DNA of 64,000 nt from a virus (taxonomy: Duplodnaviria; Heunggongvirae; Uroviricota; Caudoviricetes), in the IMG/VR virus record IMGVR_UViG_3300028586_000764; one strand, given 5' to 3'. Every line of letters starts with the position of its first letter. The stretch's first letter is position 1. The notes under the pieces were generated by a model. That model ran no database searches. It was not told the DNA's origin and saw nothing but the letters and a program-made list of their open reading frames with translations. Shown piece by piece: positions 26,942 to 35,870 of the stretch. A program made the translations under genes and the position numbers.

Positions 26942-27193
26942 TCAGAGGTCCAGTGTCATGTTTCGAGCACGGGTGGCCTGGTCATGGCGGAGCATTAGCT
27001 GCCGTTCGCCGTCGCAAAGGAGACGCTTGAGCTGACGAAGCTTGAACAGGTAAAGCTCGACTGGTTGGCCGTCGACGGTGAGTTGGACGGTAAAGTCCTT
27101 CACCTTTTCGAGCGCCGTTGTGTCAGGAACGCGTTCTTCGATGTAAAGCAGTTTGCCGCTGGCTTCGAGACTGCCTAGTTTTACGATTTTCAT
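26942..27193 (-). CDS. hypothetical small protein (83 aa)
   Basis: The ORF is contiguous with the 27190 gene (4-nt overlap) and the RBS is weak. Confidence 0.5.
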   Translation of the reverse strand: MKIVKLGSLEASGKLLYIEERVPDTTALEKVKDFTVQLTVDGQPVELYLFKLRQLKRLLCDGERQLMLRHDQATRARNMTLDL

Positions 27194-27834
27194 CGGATTT
27201 CTCGCACTACGCGTGGACCGACCTGACGGTCTGTGTAGTCGACCAGTCGAACCACTTTGATGTCGGCACGCTTGAGCAACGTCAGCGCGGTCGTTTTTGC
27301 TTCTTTCATCGTTGGCAGCCAGGTGAACAGCCGCTCGCCGGCTTCCGATGGAAGCGCGTCGGTAGCGTTGTCGGTGGCATATGCATGCACCTCAAAACCG
27401 CCGCGCGGCGCCTTAGCGCGTAGCACCACGATGCCAAATTCGTCGATGACCTGCGAGCTACCATACTCGCAGTCAGGTTCGAGAACGCGTTCTGCCTGCT
27501 CTTTTGCGTCGCCGAACGGCAGCCGCGAGATTTCCTTGACGGGGTCACGTGCTTCGAGGCCTGCGAATAGCTCGACGCGATAGCGACCCGAGGCTTCGAG
27601 AGGATTCGGTGGCGCGTCCGGCGTCGACTCCATCCGCTCGAAAGCAACGTTACTTGCCTGGGCCAGTGACAGTGAGACCACCATAGCCTGGCTGGGCAGC
27701 GCCTGATGAATCAAGTCGTGTGCTGTCACCAGACCGTCTTGCTGATTCGCTGCGTCGACTTCGATTTCGATGCGAACGATTGCCGGTACCTCGAAGGTAG
27801 CCTTATATTTGTTGGTCGTGTTGTCAGTTGTCAT
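27190..27834 (-). CDS. hypothetical protein (214 aa)
   Basis: AGGACACC lies 2-6 nt before the ATG and acts as the RBS. The upstream element is at 27839-27872. Confidence 0.65.
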   Translation of the reverse strand: MTTDNTTNKYKATFEVPAIVRIEIEVDAANQQDGLVTAHDLIHQALPSQAMVVSLSLAQASNVAFERMESTPDAPPNPLEASGRYRVELFAGLEARDPVKEISRLPFGDAKEQAERVLEPDCEYGSSQVIDEFGIVVLRAKAPRGGFEVHAYATDNATDALPSEAGERLFTWLPTMKEAKTTALTLLKRADIKVVRLVDYTDRQVGPRVVREIR

Positions 27835-27838
27835 GTTG

Positions 27839-27872
27839 GTGTCCTGTGAAACAAATGCATGCGGCGTATAGG
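27839..27872 (-). promoter_or_regulatory. recurrent upstream element (GCCTATAC-N20-AGGACACC)
   Basis: The coding strand reads gtgCCTATACgccgcatgcatttgtttcacAGGACACCaaATG. Confidence 0.4.
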
Positions 27873-27955
27873 CACGCGCTTTCTTAGTCTTTCACGTTCA
27901 AAAATCTTTGGCACGCGTTCCCGTTTTAGCCACTAACTTATCCAGAATTTAGATG

Positions 27956-28000
27956 CAATACTTTCTAAAATGATGCGAATGTAATATACTTTTTACATCA
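27956..28000 (+). promoter_or_regulatory. AT-rich promoter-like element with 23-nt block shared with 9591-9613
   Basis: The sequence is gcAATACTTTctaaaatgatgcgAATGTAATATACTTTTTACATCA. Compare AATGTGTTATACTTTTTAAATCA at 9591-9613. Confidence 0.5.
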
Positions 28001-28093
28001 AATAGTCTCCTGGAAGTCCCGTGTGCTCGACAGCCACGGATTTCTTGCATATGCAGCTTGGCTTTCAAGCTTCCCTAACCTACTTGAACGAAC

Positions 28094-28507
28094 ATGCCCC
28101 AACGATACGCCCTGGTTTGCTGCGGCAAGCAGAAGTCAACACACACGGCGAGCGCGAAAGAGCTCTATCAGTCGACCCTCTTTCGGAAAACACGTTCTTA
28201 TGCGGAACGCCAGTACGACGGCTGGTTTGTGCTCTCAGCCCTGCATCATGTGCTCCACCCTGACCAGGTCGTGATGCCTTACGAGTTCAAGCTGAACCGT
28301 CGTGATGCGAGCACGTGGGCCGATATCGTCGCGGAACAACTGGCTGCGCTAGTGCCTCCTGGATGCGAGCTGGACTATTTCGGTGGGGCCACCTATGGCC
28401 TGGTCGTGTCGAAATTGGAAGCAAGGGGCTATCTGGTGGGACAGCCCTTAGCCGGCCTACAGGTTGGCCAACGACTGCACTGGTTGACGGCGCGCGAATC
28501 CAAATAA
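28094..28507 (+). CDS. hypothetical protein (137 aa)
   Basis: Motifs ALVCCGKQK and WFVLSALHHVLHPDQVVMPYEF are present. There is no clear RBS. Confidence 0.5.
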   Translation: MPQRYALVCCGKQKSTHTASAKELYQSTLFRKTRSYAERQYDGWFVLSALHHVLHPDQVVMPYEFKLNRRDASTWADIVAEQLAALVPPGCELDYFGGATYGLVVSKLEARGYLVGQPLAGLQVGQRLHWLTARESK

Positions 28508-28574
28508 ACGGGCAAAAGAAGGCGCCCCTGAACCTGTCGGTACAAGGGCGCTAAATCATGCGGGAAGCGTCGGC

Positions 28575-29318
28575 TTAGTTAAGCGTCGCGCCGGTCGGAA
28601 CCAGGTAGCGCGTTGCAAAGGCGATGCGGATTTCAGTGTAAGAGCCACGGAAGTCCTCGTCGAACGCGGCACTACGTACTTTAGCCAGGCGCTGGATGAT
28701 GCGGTCTTGCAGGGGCGTCAGCACGGCAGTGGACGCCGCGCGGGCCACCGGGTAGACGTGCGCATCGTAGTAACGGCAACGTTCTTCATTGTCGAAAGGC
28801 TTCCACGCCGGGGCACCCTTCTCCGCTTTTTCATAAGCAGCCGAGTAGGCCGCTTCCGATTTCTTGCGGAAGCGCGAGTAGTGCGAGGGCACACTTCGTT
28901 CCAGGCGACGGTCCATCTGAGCAGCCTTGAACATCTTGCTTGCCAGGTTTTCTTCGATGGCCTTCAGCAGCGCAGGCATCTCGGGAGAATCTGCCGGCAG
29001 CGTGAAGTTACCAATGAAGTTGGTCACGCGATGGAACTGCAGCGCGAAGTAGACGTCACCGGGGGCGGTATTACTGCCCTTGATGAGCGCGCCGCGGAAT
29101 GGCGTGTGGTCGTCCACGGTAGCACCTCGCTGAGGGTCCAGGGCCATGTGGCGCAGGAGCGCGATGGTCAGGCGAGCCAGCTGGTCCGAGTCACGCTCCA
29201 TGGCCTCGAGCCGCGCGCGGTAATCGAGACTACGGAAGTGCCCTTCTGCTTCACCAGCCAGATGAGGCCGGTCGGAGAAGTGCGGATGCAATGCTTTCAG
29301 GTCGTACAGTGCGTTCAT
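28575..29318 (-). CDS. hypothetical protein (about 248 aa)
   Basis: The start is at MNALYDLK with a GAGG RBS 6 nt upstream. There is a promoter-like element upstream. Confidence 0.7.
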   Translation of the reverse strand: MNALYDLKALHPHFSDRPHLAGEAEGHFRSLDYRARLEAMERDSDQLARLTIALLRHMALDPQRGATVDDHTPFRGALIKGSNTAPGDVYFALQFHRVTNFIGNFTLPADSPEMPALLKAIEENLASKMFKAAQMDRRLERSVPSHYSRFRKKSEAAYSAAYEKAEKGAPAWKPFDNEERCRYYDAHVYPVARAASTAVLTPLQDRIIQRLAKVRSAAFDEDFRGSYTEIRIAFATRYLVPTGATLN

Positions 29319-29339
29319 GAATTTCCTCGTAAATAAGTA

Positions 29340-29380
29340 GTTGTCCTGCGTGCGTATAGCCAACCTGCGAGGGTAGTCAA
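29340..29380 (-). promoter_or_regulatory. sigma70-like promoter carrying the recurrent element (TTGACT-N16-TATACG ... AGGACAAC)
   Basis: The coding strand reads TTGACTaccctcgcaggttgGCTATACgcacgcAGGACAACtacttatttacGAGGaaattcATG. Confidence 0.55.
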
Positions 29381-29394
29381 AAAACACGTTCTAA

Positions 29395-29427
29395 AAAAGA
29401 AAAGGCCCCTTCAACCGAAGGGGCCTG
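29395..29427 (-). terminator. rho-independent terminator
   Basis: The minus strand reads aggcccctt-cggttg-aaggggcct followed by TTTCTTTTTT. Confidence 0.85.
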
Positions 29428-29443
29428 TACGACGTGCGAAGAC

Positions 29444-29908
29444 TTAGCGCATCCCAGTGCCCGGCACCCACGGCAAGGTATTGGCCTCAAAGAAGCCCAT
29501 GCTGCAGGTCTTGATGCTGCCACCCTGAGTGGTGAATTCCACCATCTCATGCGGCCCTTGCGTGTGCGTCGTGCCCGATGGCTTGACGAGTTCACGCTCC
29601 AGCGACTCCGGATGCGTCAGCCAGAACCAGCGTTCTGGCTGCTTCCAGTGGGGCGTGCCGCGCCCGCCAGCTTTCTTGACCACGACAACAGTCGGTGTGC
29701 TGGCAGGCCTGCCGGCCGGCAGGCGCGGTGGGGCAGCCTCTCGTGGACGGGGCTCCCCTTGGCGAGGAGCTGCCTGCAACAAAGCGGCGCGTGGTGCAGA
29801 ATGTGCCGGTTTGGCCGGTGGCGCTGTTCGGGCCGGCAACGCCGGGCGGGTGGCGATGGGCGCGCTGGCTGGGGAGGCGGCTTGACGACGATTACGGGTG
29901 AGGCTCAT
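29444..29908 (-). CDS. hypothetical protein with Pro/Ala-rich low-complexity N-terminus (154 aa)
   Basis: The ORF is in an operon with the dUTPase-like gene and has a terminator downstream. The RBS is weak. Confidence 0.5.
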   Translation of the reverse strand: MSLTRNRRQAASPASAPIATRPALPARTAPPAKPAHSAPRAALLQAAPRQGEPRPREAAPPRLPAGRPASTPTVVVVKKAGGRGTPHWKQPERWFWLTHPESLERELVKPSGTTHTQGPHEMVEFTTQGGSIKTCSMGFFEANTLPWVPGTGMR

Positions 29909-29921
29909 CTAGAAAAGGCTT

Positions 29922-30770
29922 TCAGGATTCGAGAATCGGTAGGGTTCGCAGGGCAGACGGCTCGACGATGCGATGCACGATGCCAATGCCGTTTTGCAGC
30001 GCTGGGGCACCCTCATGCTCGGTCATTTTGCCGATAAAAGGGCCTGTGTTCGTTTCAAGACAATGCCATCCGCCCGCGGCACAGGCGTCCGTGTAGCGAG
30101 ACAGGAGCCCCTGGCTGATGGCGTCCTCCAGCTCTTGGCCCGTGACGCCCAGCTGCTGTGCCATCAGCTCTTCCAGTGCCACGTTGTCTTCGACGCCATT
30201 CCAGTCTTTCACGTAGCGGCCGGTTTTGTAGCCGTAGCGCTGACGGAATACGTTGAGAAGATTCTTACCCAGATATTGGGCGTACAGCTGCTCGAACGAC
30301 AGGTCCACTTGCGCGCACAGCACAAAGAAAGCGTCGGTGTCGAAAAGGCCCTGCGCAGCAGCACCAACGAGTGCTTCGACTCCGCGGTTGAACGCTTCGT
30401 CGGATTTTTCGACGGTACCCGCCTGCTCTCGTGCTTTTTCAACACGGCGCATGATGGCCTCGTTGAGGACCCAGTCCGCAGCGTCGGCGCTGCCAAAGCG
30501 CACCATCCACAGCGACAGCGCGAAGTGCCAGATGTCTACCAGCTCAAGCTGGCACTGGCCGAGGTCTGGCTGGGTGTTTTTCTTCCACCATTTCCAGCGG
30601 TTGTAGTGCTCCAGAAGCTCCACCCCTTCAACCAGGATGGCGCGGCTCCAGGAGTAGCCGGCCTGCGCCCAGTCCGGGTTGACCACGCGATTCATGCGGT
30701 CCTGCAGCGAGAGCATGTGCGAGAGCATACGGCGGTCAGCAGTAGCGTTGATATCGTATCGAGTTGTCAT
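29922..30770 (-). CDS. dimeric dUTPase-like (all-alpha NTP pyrophosphatase) protein with C-terminal extension
   Basis: SLQDRMNRVVNPDWAQAGYSWSRAILVEGVELLEHYNRWKWWKK matches the dimeric dUTPase/dCTPase family signature. Confidence 0.7.
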   Translation of the reverse strand: MTTRYDINATADRRMLSHMLSLQDRMNRVVNPDWAQAGYSWSRAILVEGVELLEHYNRWKWWKKNTQPDLGQCQLELVDIWHFALSLWMVRFGSADAADWVLNEAIMRRVEKAREQAGTVEKSDEAFNRGVEALVGAAAQGLFDTDAFFVLCAQVDLSFEQLYAQYLGKNLLNVFRQRYGYKTGRYVKDWNGVEDNVALEELMAQQLGVTGQELEDAISQGLLSRYTDACAAGGWHCLETNTGPFIGKMTEHEGAPALQNGIGIVHRIVEPSALRTLPILES

Positions 30771-30814
30771 GATTTGAGGTCTTTCGTCAGTTGAAAATCG
30801 GTCGGCGCCGGCGC

Positions 30815-31582
30815 TTATGCTTCGCTGTCAATAGGCCAGAGCAACTGCGCCTTGCTGCGGGGGCTACGCAGGAGCGCCAGAAACCAGCACCAGGCGTCTG
30901 GGTTGTCCCGGACAAATCGCTGCCAGGCTTGGGCTTGCACGCGCGTGAAGCGCCGACGGGTTTCGCGTGTTCGCATGCGCGCGGCATGGTGGAACGCGTG
31001 GGTAAGTTCATGCAGGACGATGACAGCCAGGTGCCGTCCAATCAGCTCCTCGTGGAGCCGAACGCAGCGACGACGAATGAGGTAGTACCCCCAGACGCCC
31101 TCTTGGTCACCCTTCTCGCCTGCCATGGCGGCCAGGTCGACCAAATGCGGCCCAACCCATACTTCCTGCGGCGCTCGCGCGCGCCAACGGCTTTGGCCAG
31201 TGGCATAGGCGGCGTAGTTGTGGGCCCCGCGACGCCGGGAAGTCAACTGGCTATTGAGCCATTTCCAGGCGGCGGGGTTGCGGCTGGCGAATTCGAGTAC
31301 GCCAGCGGCGAAGCTGTGCGTGAAATGCTCCTCGGTAGAAGCATCGTCCAGCCCGTGCGTGTAGTGGATGGCCTCAATCAGGCGTACAACAAATGCCTCA
31401 AGGAGCGCCCTCCCTGTTAAATGCTCGGCAATACGGATACAGCCGGCGTTGTAGTCGTTCACTGAATTCTCGTTCCCACGCCCTAGCACTGCCTTGGGCA
31501 GACGTTCTACTCGTAACTGGTACGGGCCCAGTTCGAGCAGAAAAAGCAAACTTGCCCCGGAGGGCACGTGAGAGTTGGGCAT
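30815..31582 (-). CDS. putative zinc metallopeptidase (HExxH motif)
   Basis: The motif is LAVIVLHELTHAFHHA. The family is unclear (SprT/ImmA/WLM-like) and the start is uncertain. Confidence 0.55.
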   Translation of the reverse strand: MPNSHVPSGASLLFLLELGPYQLRVERLPKAVLGRGNENSVNDYNAGCIRIAEHLTGRALLEAFVVRLIEAIHYTHGLDDASTEEHFTHSFAAGVLEFASRNPAAWKWLNSQLTSRRRGAHNYAAYATGQSRWRARAPQEVWVGPHLVDLAAMAGEKGDQEGVWGYYLIRRRCVRLHEELIGRHLAVIVLHELTHAFHHAARMRTRETRRRFTRVQAQAWQRFVRDNPDAWCWFLALLRSPRSKAQLLWPIDSEA

Positions 31583-31719
31583 CGCAGTGAGGAACGAGAG
31601 AACGTCGAACGGTGCCTGCGAAGAGCTGCAGGAGTCTTCTTGTTTAGCACCTGGACCTTAAATGTCGGAGTCTCCTAAAAAGATATTTTCAAATGTTCGT
31701 TTGCGTATGGAGTCCGCTA

Positions 31720-31739
31720 GCTATAGGTGAGAGGACATG
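31720..31739 (+). promoter_or_regulatory. recurrent upstream element (GCTATAG-N5-AGGACATG) for DNA polymerase
   Basis: The sequence is ctaGCTATAGgtgagAGGACATGgg, about 55 nt upstream of 31793. Confidence 0.45.
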
Positions 31740-31792
31740 GGACGTGGATATACGTCCTTTCAATTTTTAGCAACGAGAGGAGATTTACCTTT

Positions 31793-34700
31793 ATGCAACT
31801 CGGATTCGATTTGGTCTATACCGACCCGAACACGCACGAAATCGTGCCTTGGGCAATGCCTGACACGAAGCTGTTTGCCCGTATCGAAGCGGCACCATGG
31901 AAAGTGGTCGACGTGGAGACTACCGGCCTGAATCCTGCAAGCAAGGAACAGAAGTTCTCCGGCAAGGAACTGCGTCGGGGTATCAACCCGGTGCTGCGCC
32001 TACGCATTCTGTCGGTGCTGTACCCGATGATTGGTACGGCCAAAGGCTACGACGTCGTCGCTTTCGACTTCGACCAGATGACCCAGAAGGAACGTGAACA
32101 AGCGGCTACGGCTTCGATGAACAATGTCGTCATCGCACACAACGCCGGCTTCGACGCGTACTGGATTCGCCAGTTCACGAAAGTGACGCCGAAGCTGTTG
32201 CTGGACTCGATGCTGATGGCCCGCGTGCTGCGCCCTGAACACCCGCTGGTCATGGCGCGCATCTGCAACGACGAGAACGAGGACCCGGACATCAAGGCGG
32301 AAGCCGAAGCGATGTTCATGCAGGGCCGCTCGGGCTGGTCGCTTGCCGACCTGTCGGTAGGCGTTCTGCGTCGTATTCTGCCTAAGGGCCTGCAAGGTCC
32401 TAAAAACTGGGCAGAGCCGTTCCTGACGCAAGCGAACTACAACTACGCCACCGATGACGTCCGGGTGCTGCACGACCTGCTGCTGGACCTGTTCGAAATC
32501 GACAGTTGTGACCAGCTGCTGGAGCGCTACTATGAGCTGCGCGCAGAGAATCGCGTGCTGCGCATCATTGAGCCCCAGGTGCTGGACATCGTGATGATGC
32601 GGGAACACGGCATGCCGTGGGACCAAGCTGAAGCTGCGAAGTACATCGAAGTCCAGTGGGACAAGGTGCGTCAGTTTGCAAAGCGCATGGTGGAACTCGA
32701 ACCGGCCCTGGCCAAGTTCGAGCGCGACCTGGGCGATGCCGGCAAAGGCATTACGGCCAACCTCAAAACCGCTATCGGCGAAGCATTTGCCGCCCGCGGC
32801 CTCGAGCTGGAGATGACGGAGAAATCCAACACCTTCAAGATTGGCGAGAAAGACTTGCGTCGTGCTCGCGCACAGGTCAGCGACGATGCCCGGGAACTGT
32901 TTGACACCTGGGTCGGCCTGAACCGTGCAAAGAAAGCTGGCGGTATGGCCATGGAAGTGACGGGCTACGCGGTACGCTCTCCTCAACGGGATAGCCGTCT
33001 GCATCCGAACACGGGCCACGGTCCGGTGACGGGCCGTCTGTCGTCATCCGAGCCGAACTGCTTCACCGGCGACACCGAAATCCTCACGCTTCAAGGCTGG
33101 GTGCGTTTCGACGAGCTGGACGATGATGCCAAAGTCGCGCAGTACGTCGACGGCCGTATCGAGTTCGTGAGCACGCTCGACGTGATTCGCGAAGACTGGG
33201 AAGGCACCCTGGTGCACAACCAGACCTCGAGCACTGACCTGCTGACGACGCCGATGCACCGCTGCCTGCTGATTGACCCCGTGTCGAAAAAGCAACGCGT
33301 GGTGATGGCCGAGGACTATCCGGAAGGCTATCGCCAGCTGCACGGCGGTATGTACGCGGGCGGCGAAGGCTTGGGCGTGAACGAAGCAGAACTGCGCTTC
33401 CTCGTCATGGGCCACGCTGCCGGCAGCTGGGAAGAAGACGGTTCGTTCACGCTGCGCTTCTCGCGTGCGCGTAAAGCAGAACGTTTCCTGAAGCTGTTTG
33501 CCAACCTGGACCCGATGGCCAACGTGCTGTCGACCGATGCACGCAGCTTCCGTTTCGGACCGACGCACGAACTCACCGAGCTGGCTGAGCTGTACCTGGG
33601 ACACGACTACGAATTCGGTTTCGGCGAATGGGTATTCTCCCTGAGCCGTGAGCAAATCGAGGTGTTCTTCGACGAGCTGACCCGTACGGATGCGACCCAC
33701 GCGAAGCCGACCAAGGCCTATCGTGCCCAGTATGTGGCTACTCGCAAGAGCGACGCAGACATGGTTCAAGCCCTGTATGCGGTGTCGGGTGCAATGGCCC
33801 GCGTGCAGTCGAATCTGGACAAGAAGACCGGAGAACAAACCTGGACCGTCAAGGCGGTGCAACGCGACTACACGTTCACCACTAACCGCACGCAAGAGCT
33901 CAAGCCTTACAAGGGCAAGGTTTACTGCGTGACGGTGCCGAGCAGCTTTATCGTGGTTCGCCACGGTGACAGCCTGCCGATGGTGACGGGTCAGTGCCAG
34001 CAGTTCCCGCGTGACCAGGGCTTCCGTAACTGTGTGATGGCGCCGGAAGGCTACAAAATCATGGCATCGGACTATTCCGCACTGGACATGCGTGTGGGTG
34101 CTGCACTGGCAATTCGTGCGCAGCGACATATCTTCGAGGCGTACATGGGCGACCGGGCAGTACATCCGGACGCAGCACGTGTGATTGCCCGGGTGTATGA
34201 AGGCAAGATTTCGATGGAAGCCGCTCGCGCCGAGGAAGCTCGTGCCGTTAAGGCCTTCGGTGACTGGAAAGCTCGTCGTGAAGACGTCGCTGACGCAATG
34301 GACGCTCGCAAGCGTTACTGGGAAGAGTACCGCAAACGTGCTCGCACCCAGCTGCTCGCCGGCTTCCAGCGCTGCCTGAAGGAAGTTCGACTGAAGGCCG
34401 ACTCCGAGGGCACCTCGGAGTGGGGTTCGCTGCGCGATGCGTTCAACATCGAAGGCATGGACATCCACACCTGGACCGCGCTGGGCATGGTGGGTGAAGA
34501 CCCGAAAGCGCTGTTCTCGGGCCTGTCCGGAGAAGACGTCGCCAAGTCGCTCAAAGAGTGGAAGAAGAAGCTCGGCGACAAGCGTCAAACCGGTAAGGTC
34601 GGTAACTTGTCGCTGCTGTATGCGATGAAGACCCAGGGCCTGATGGATGCTGCAGCTAAAAACTACAACATCCACTGGACTTACGAGGAAGCCGACAAGG

Positions 34701-35149
34701 TGCGCAACGATTGGCTGGCCGCTTACGTCGAAATCGACCTGTGGCACAAGTGGACCGAGCTCAACCCGGCAGAACAAGTGTATGTGCCAGACTTCGACCG
34801 CGGCGGCAAGTTCGCCAAGAAAGAGGTTTACGCATCGTACACGCTGGGTGACCGCCTCATCTACGCCTTCGGCCTGAACGCTGCTCTGTCGTACGAGGAC
34901 CAATCGACCGGCGCTGACATTCTGGGCCTGGTGATGCAAACGCTGCGGGAGTTCCATCCGGACATCTTCGATAGCGTCATCAACCAGGTGCACGATGAAT
35001 TGGTGTTCATGCTGCCTGACGAGAAAGTCGAGGAATGGACCGAGATTGTTCAGCGGGTCATGACTGAGTGCGCTGAGCACTTCCTGATGCAGTTCGGCGT
35101 GCGTGGTGAATGCTCTCCGGCTACGGGTCAGGTCTGGCTCAAGGACTGA
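31793..35149 (+). CDS. family-A DNA polymerase with N-terminal 3'-5' exonuclease domain, interrupted by an intein
   Basis: The exonuclease motifs are VVDVETTG, VIAHNAGFDAYW and YATDDVRVLHDL. The polymerase motifs are RLSSSEPN|intein|CQQFPRD, DYSALDMR (A), KRQTGKVGNLSLLYAM (B) and VHDELVF (C). There is a GAGGAG RBS. Confidence 0.95.
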   Translation: MQLGFDLVYTDPNTHEIVPWAMPDTKLFARIEAAPWKVVDVETTGLNPASKEQKFSGKELRRGINPVLRLRILSVLYPMIGTAKGYDVVAFDFDQMTQKEREQAATASMNNVVIAHNAGFDAYWIRQFTKVTPKLLLDSMLMARVLRPEHPLVMARICNDENEDPDIKAEAEAMFMQGRSGWSLADLSVGVLRRILPKGLQGPKNWAEPFLTQANYNYATDDVRVLHDLLLDLFEIDSCDQLLERYYELRAENRVLRIIEPQVLDIVMMREHGMPWDQAEAAKYIEVQWDKVRQFAKRMVELEPALAKFERDLGDAGKGITANLKTAIGEAFAARGLELEMTEKSNTFKIGEKDLRRARAQVSDDARELFDTWVGLNRAKKAGGMAMEVTGYAVRSPQRDSRLHPNTGHGPVTGRLSSSEPNCFTGDTEILTLQGWVRFDELDDDAKVAQYVDGRIEFVSTLDVIREDWEGTLVHNQTSSTDLLTTPMHRCLLIDPVSKKQRVVMAEDYPEGYRQLHGGMYAGGEGLGVNEAELRFLVMGHAAGSWEEDGSFTLRFSRARKAERFLKLFANLDPMANVLSTDARSFRFGPTHELTELAELYLGHDYEFGFGEWVFSLSREQIEVFFDELTRTDATHAKPTKAYRAQYVATRKSDADMVQALYAVSGAMARVQSNLDKKTGEQTWTVKAVQRDYTFTTNRTQELKPYKGKVYCVTVPSSFIVVRHGDSLPMVTGQCQQFPRDQGFRNCVMAPEGYKIMASDYSALDMRVGAALAIRAQRHIFEAYMGDRAVHPDAARVIARVYEGKISMEAARAEEARAVKAFGDWKARREDVADAMDARKRYWEEYRKRARTQLLAGFQRCLKEVRLKADSEGTSEWGSLRDAFNIEGMDIHTWTALGMVGEDPKALFSGLSGEDVAKSLKEWKKKLGDKRQTGKVGNLSLLYAMKTQGLMDAAAKNYNIHWTYEEADKVRNDWLAAYVEIDLWHKWTELNPAEQVYVPDFDRGGKFAKKEVYASYTLGDRLIYAFGLNAALSYEDQSTGADILGLVMQTLREFHPDIFDSVINQVHDELVFMLPDEKVEEWTEIVQRVMTECAEHFLMQFGVRGECSPATGQVWLKD
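33059..33994 (+). other. intein (312 aa) inserted in polymerase motif between SSSEPN and CQQFPRD
   Basis: The intein starts CFTGDTEILT and ends ...VVRHGDSLPMVTGQ before +1 Cys. Degenerate LAGLIDADG-like segments are present (LVMGHAAGSWEEDGSF). It is in-frame with both exteins. Confidence 0.75.
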
Positions 35150-35205
35150 CACAACTGGATTGGCAGGTGGCCCTTCGGCTTCCTGCTCAACACCCTGCTT
35201 TATTG

Positions 35206-35233
35206 GCCTGCGGATTTTTCCGCAGGCTTTTTC
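35206..35233 (+). terminator. rho-independent terminator
   Basis: The hairpin gcctgcgga-ttttt-ccgcaggc is followed by TTTTTC. Confidence 0.85.
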
Positions 35234-35347
35234 TTTGGCGGAGTCAAAACACGGTCCCACTGTCCGACCGCTAAACAGCGCGGCTACACGCTGACAGTGC
35301 CCGGCATAGTGCCGGGGTTTTTCCTGACAGTTCAAGAGGCTCCGCTA

Positions 35348-35806
35348 ATGACTATGCCCGTTCACCTCCTGCTTCCCCGTTCTGATGCCAAACAAATTCA
35401 GGCCGGGCGCCCTACCCGCCTCCTCTTCCCCATCGAAGACGCTATCAGTACGCCCGACCACCCGTTTCGCTCGCTCGCCGACTCCGATGCACAGTTTCCT
35501 GCCCGCACCGAGCAAGCTGGATTGCCTGTTCGAGATGGCCGTCCCGCTTGGGTAACCTGTCCAGTCAGCGAGCACGGGTATGTGGACGTGAACAACGCCG
35601 GCCGTCTCTGGAACTTTCTCGGTGACGCCACTCACTGCACGCAGTTACTGCAGACGCCGCACGGCCTGGTCGAGGGCCAAGAACTGACCATCGAGAACCG
35701 CTACAACGTGCCAGCGACTTGGGCTCGGGTTACTCGCATCGAACTGCTGCGCGGACAGCTCAATGGTCCCTGGATGTGGCTGGTGGAACTGGTCGCCATC
35801 GGCTAA
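35348..35806 (+). CDS. hypothetical protein (153 aa)
   Basis: There is an AAGAGG RBS 8 nt from the ATG. Confidence 0.55.
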   Translation: MTMPVHLLLPRSDAKQIQAGRPTRLLFPIEDAISTPDHPFRSLADSDAQFPARTEQAGLPVRDGRPAWVTCPVSEHGYVDVNNAGRLWNFLGDATHCTQLLQTPHGLVEGQELTIENRYNVPATWARVTRIELLRGQLNGPWMWLVELVAIG

Positions 35807-35870
35807 ACGCGGGACTTATACGGTGTTTATGCCTGTGTTCCAGGCGTTTTGTTGAACCAATAGACTATCC

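Noticed and set aside
33044-35335. 763-aa ORF on the minus strand
   Set aside because: It is entirely antisense to the DNA polymerase gene, which has unambiguous family motifs. It is a typical long shadow ORF of GC-rich DNA with Arg/His/Val-rich composition.
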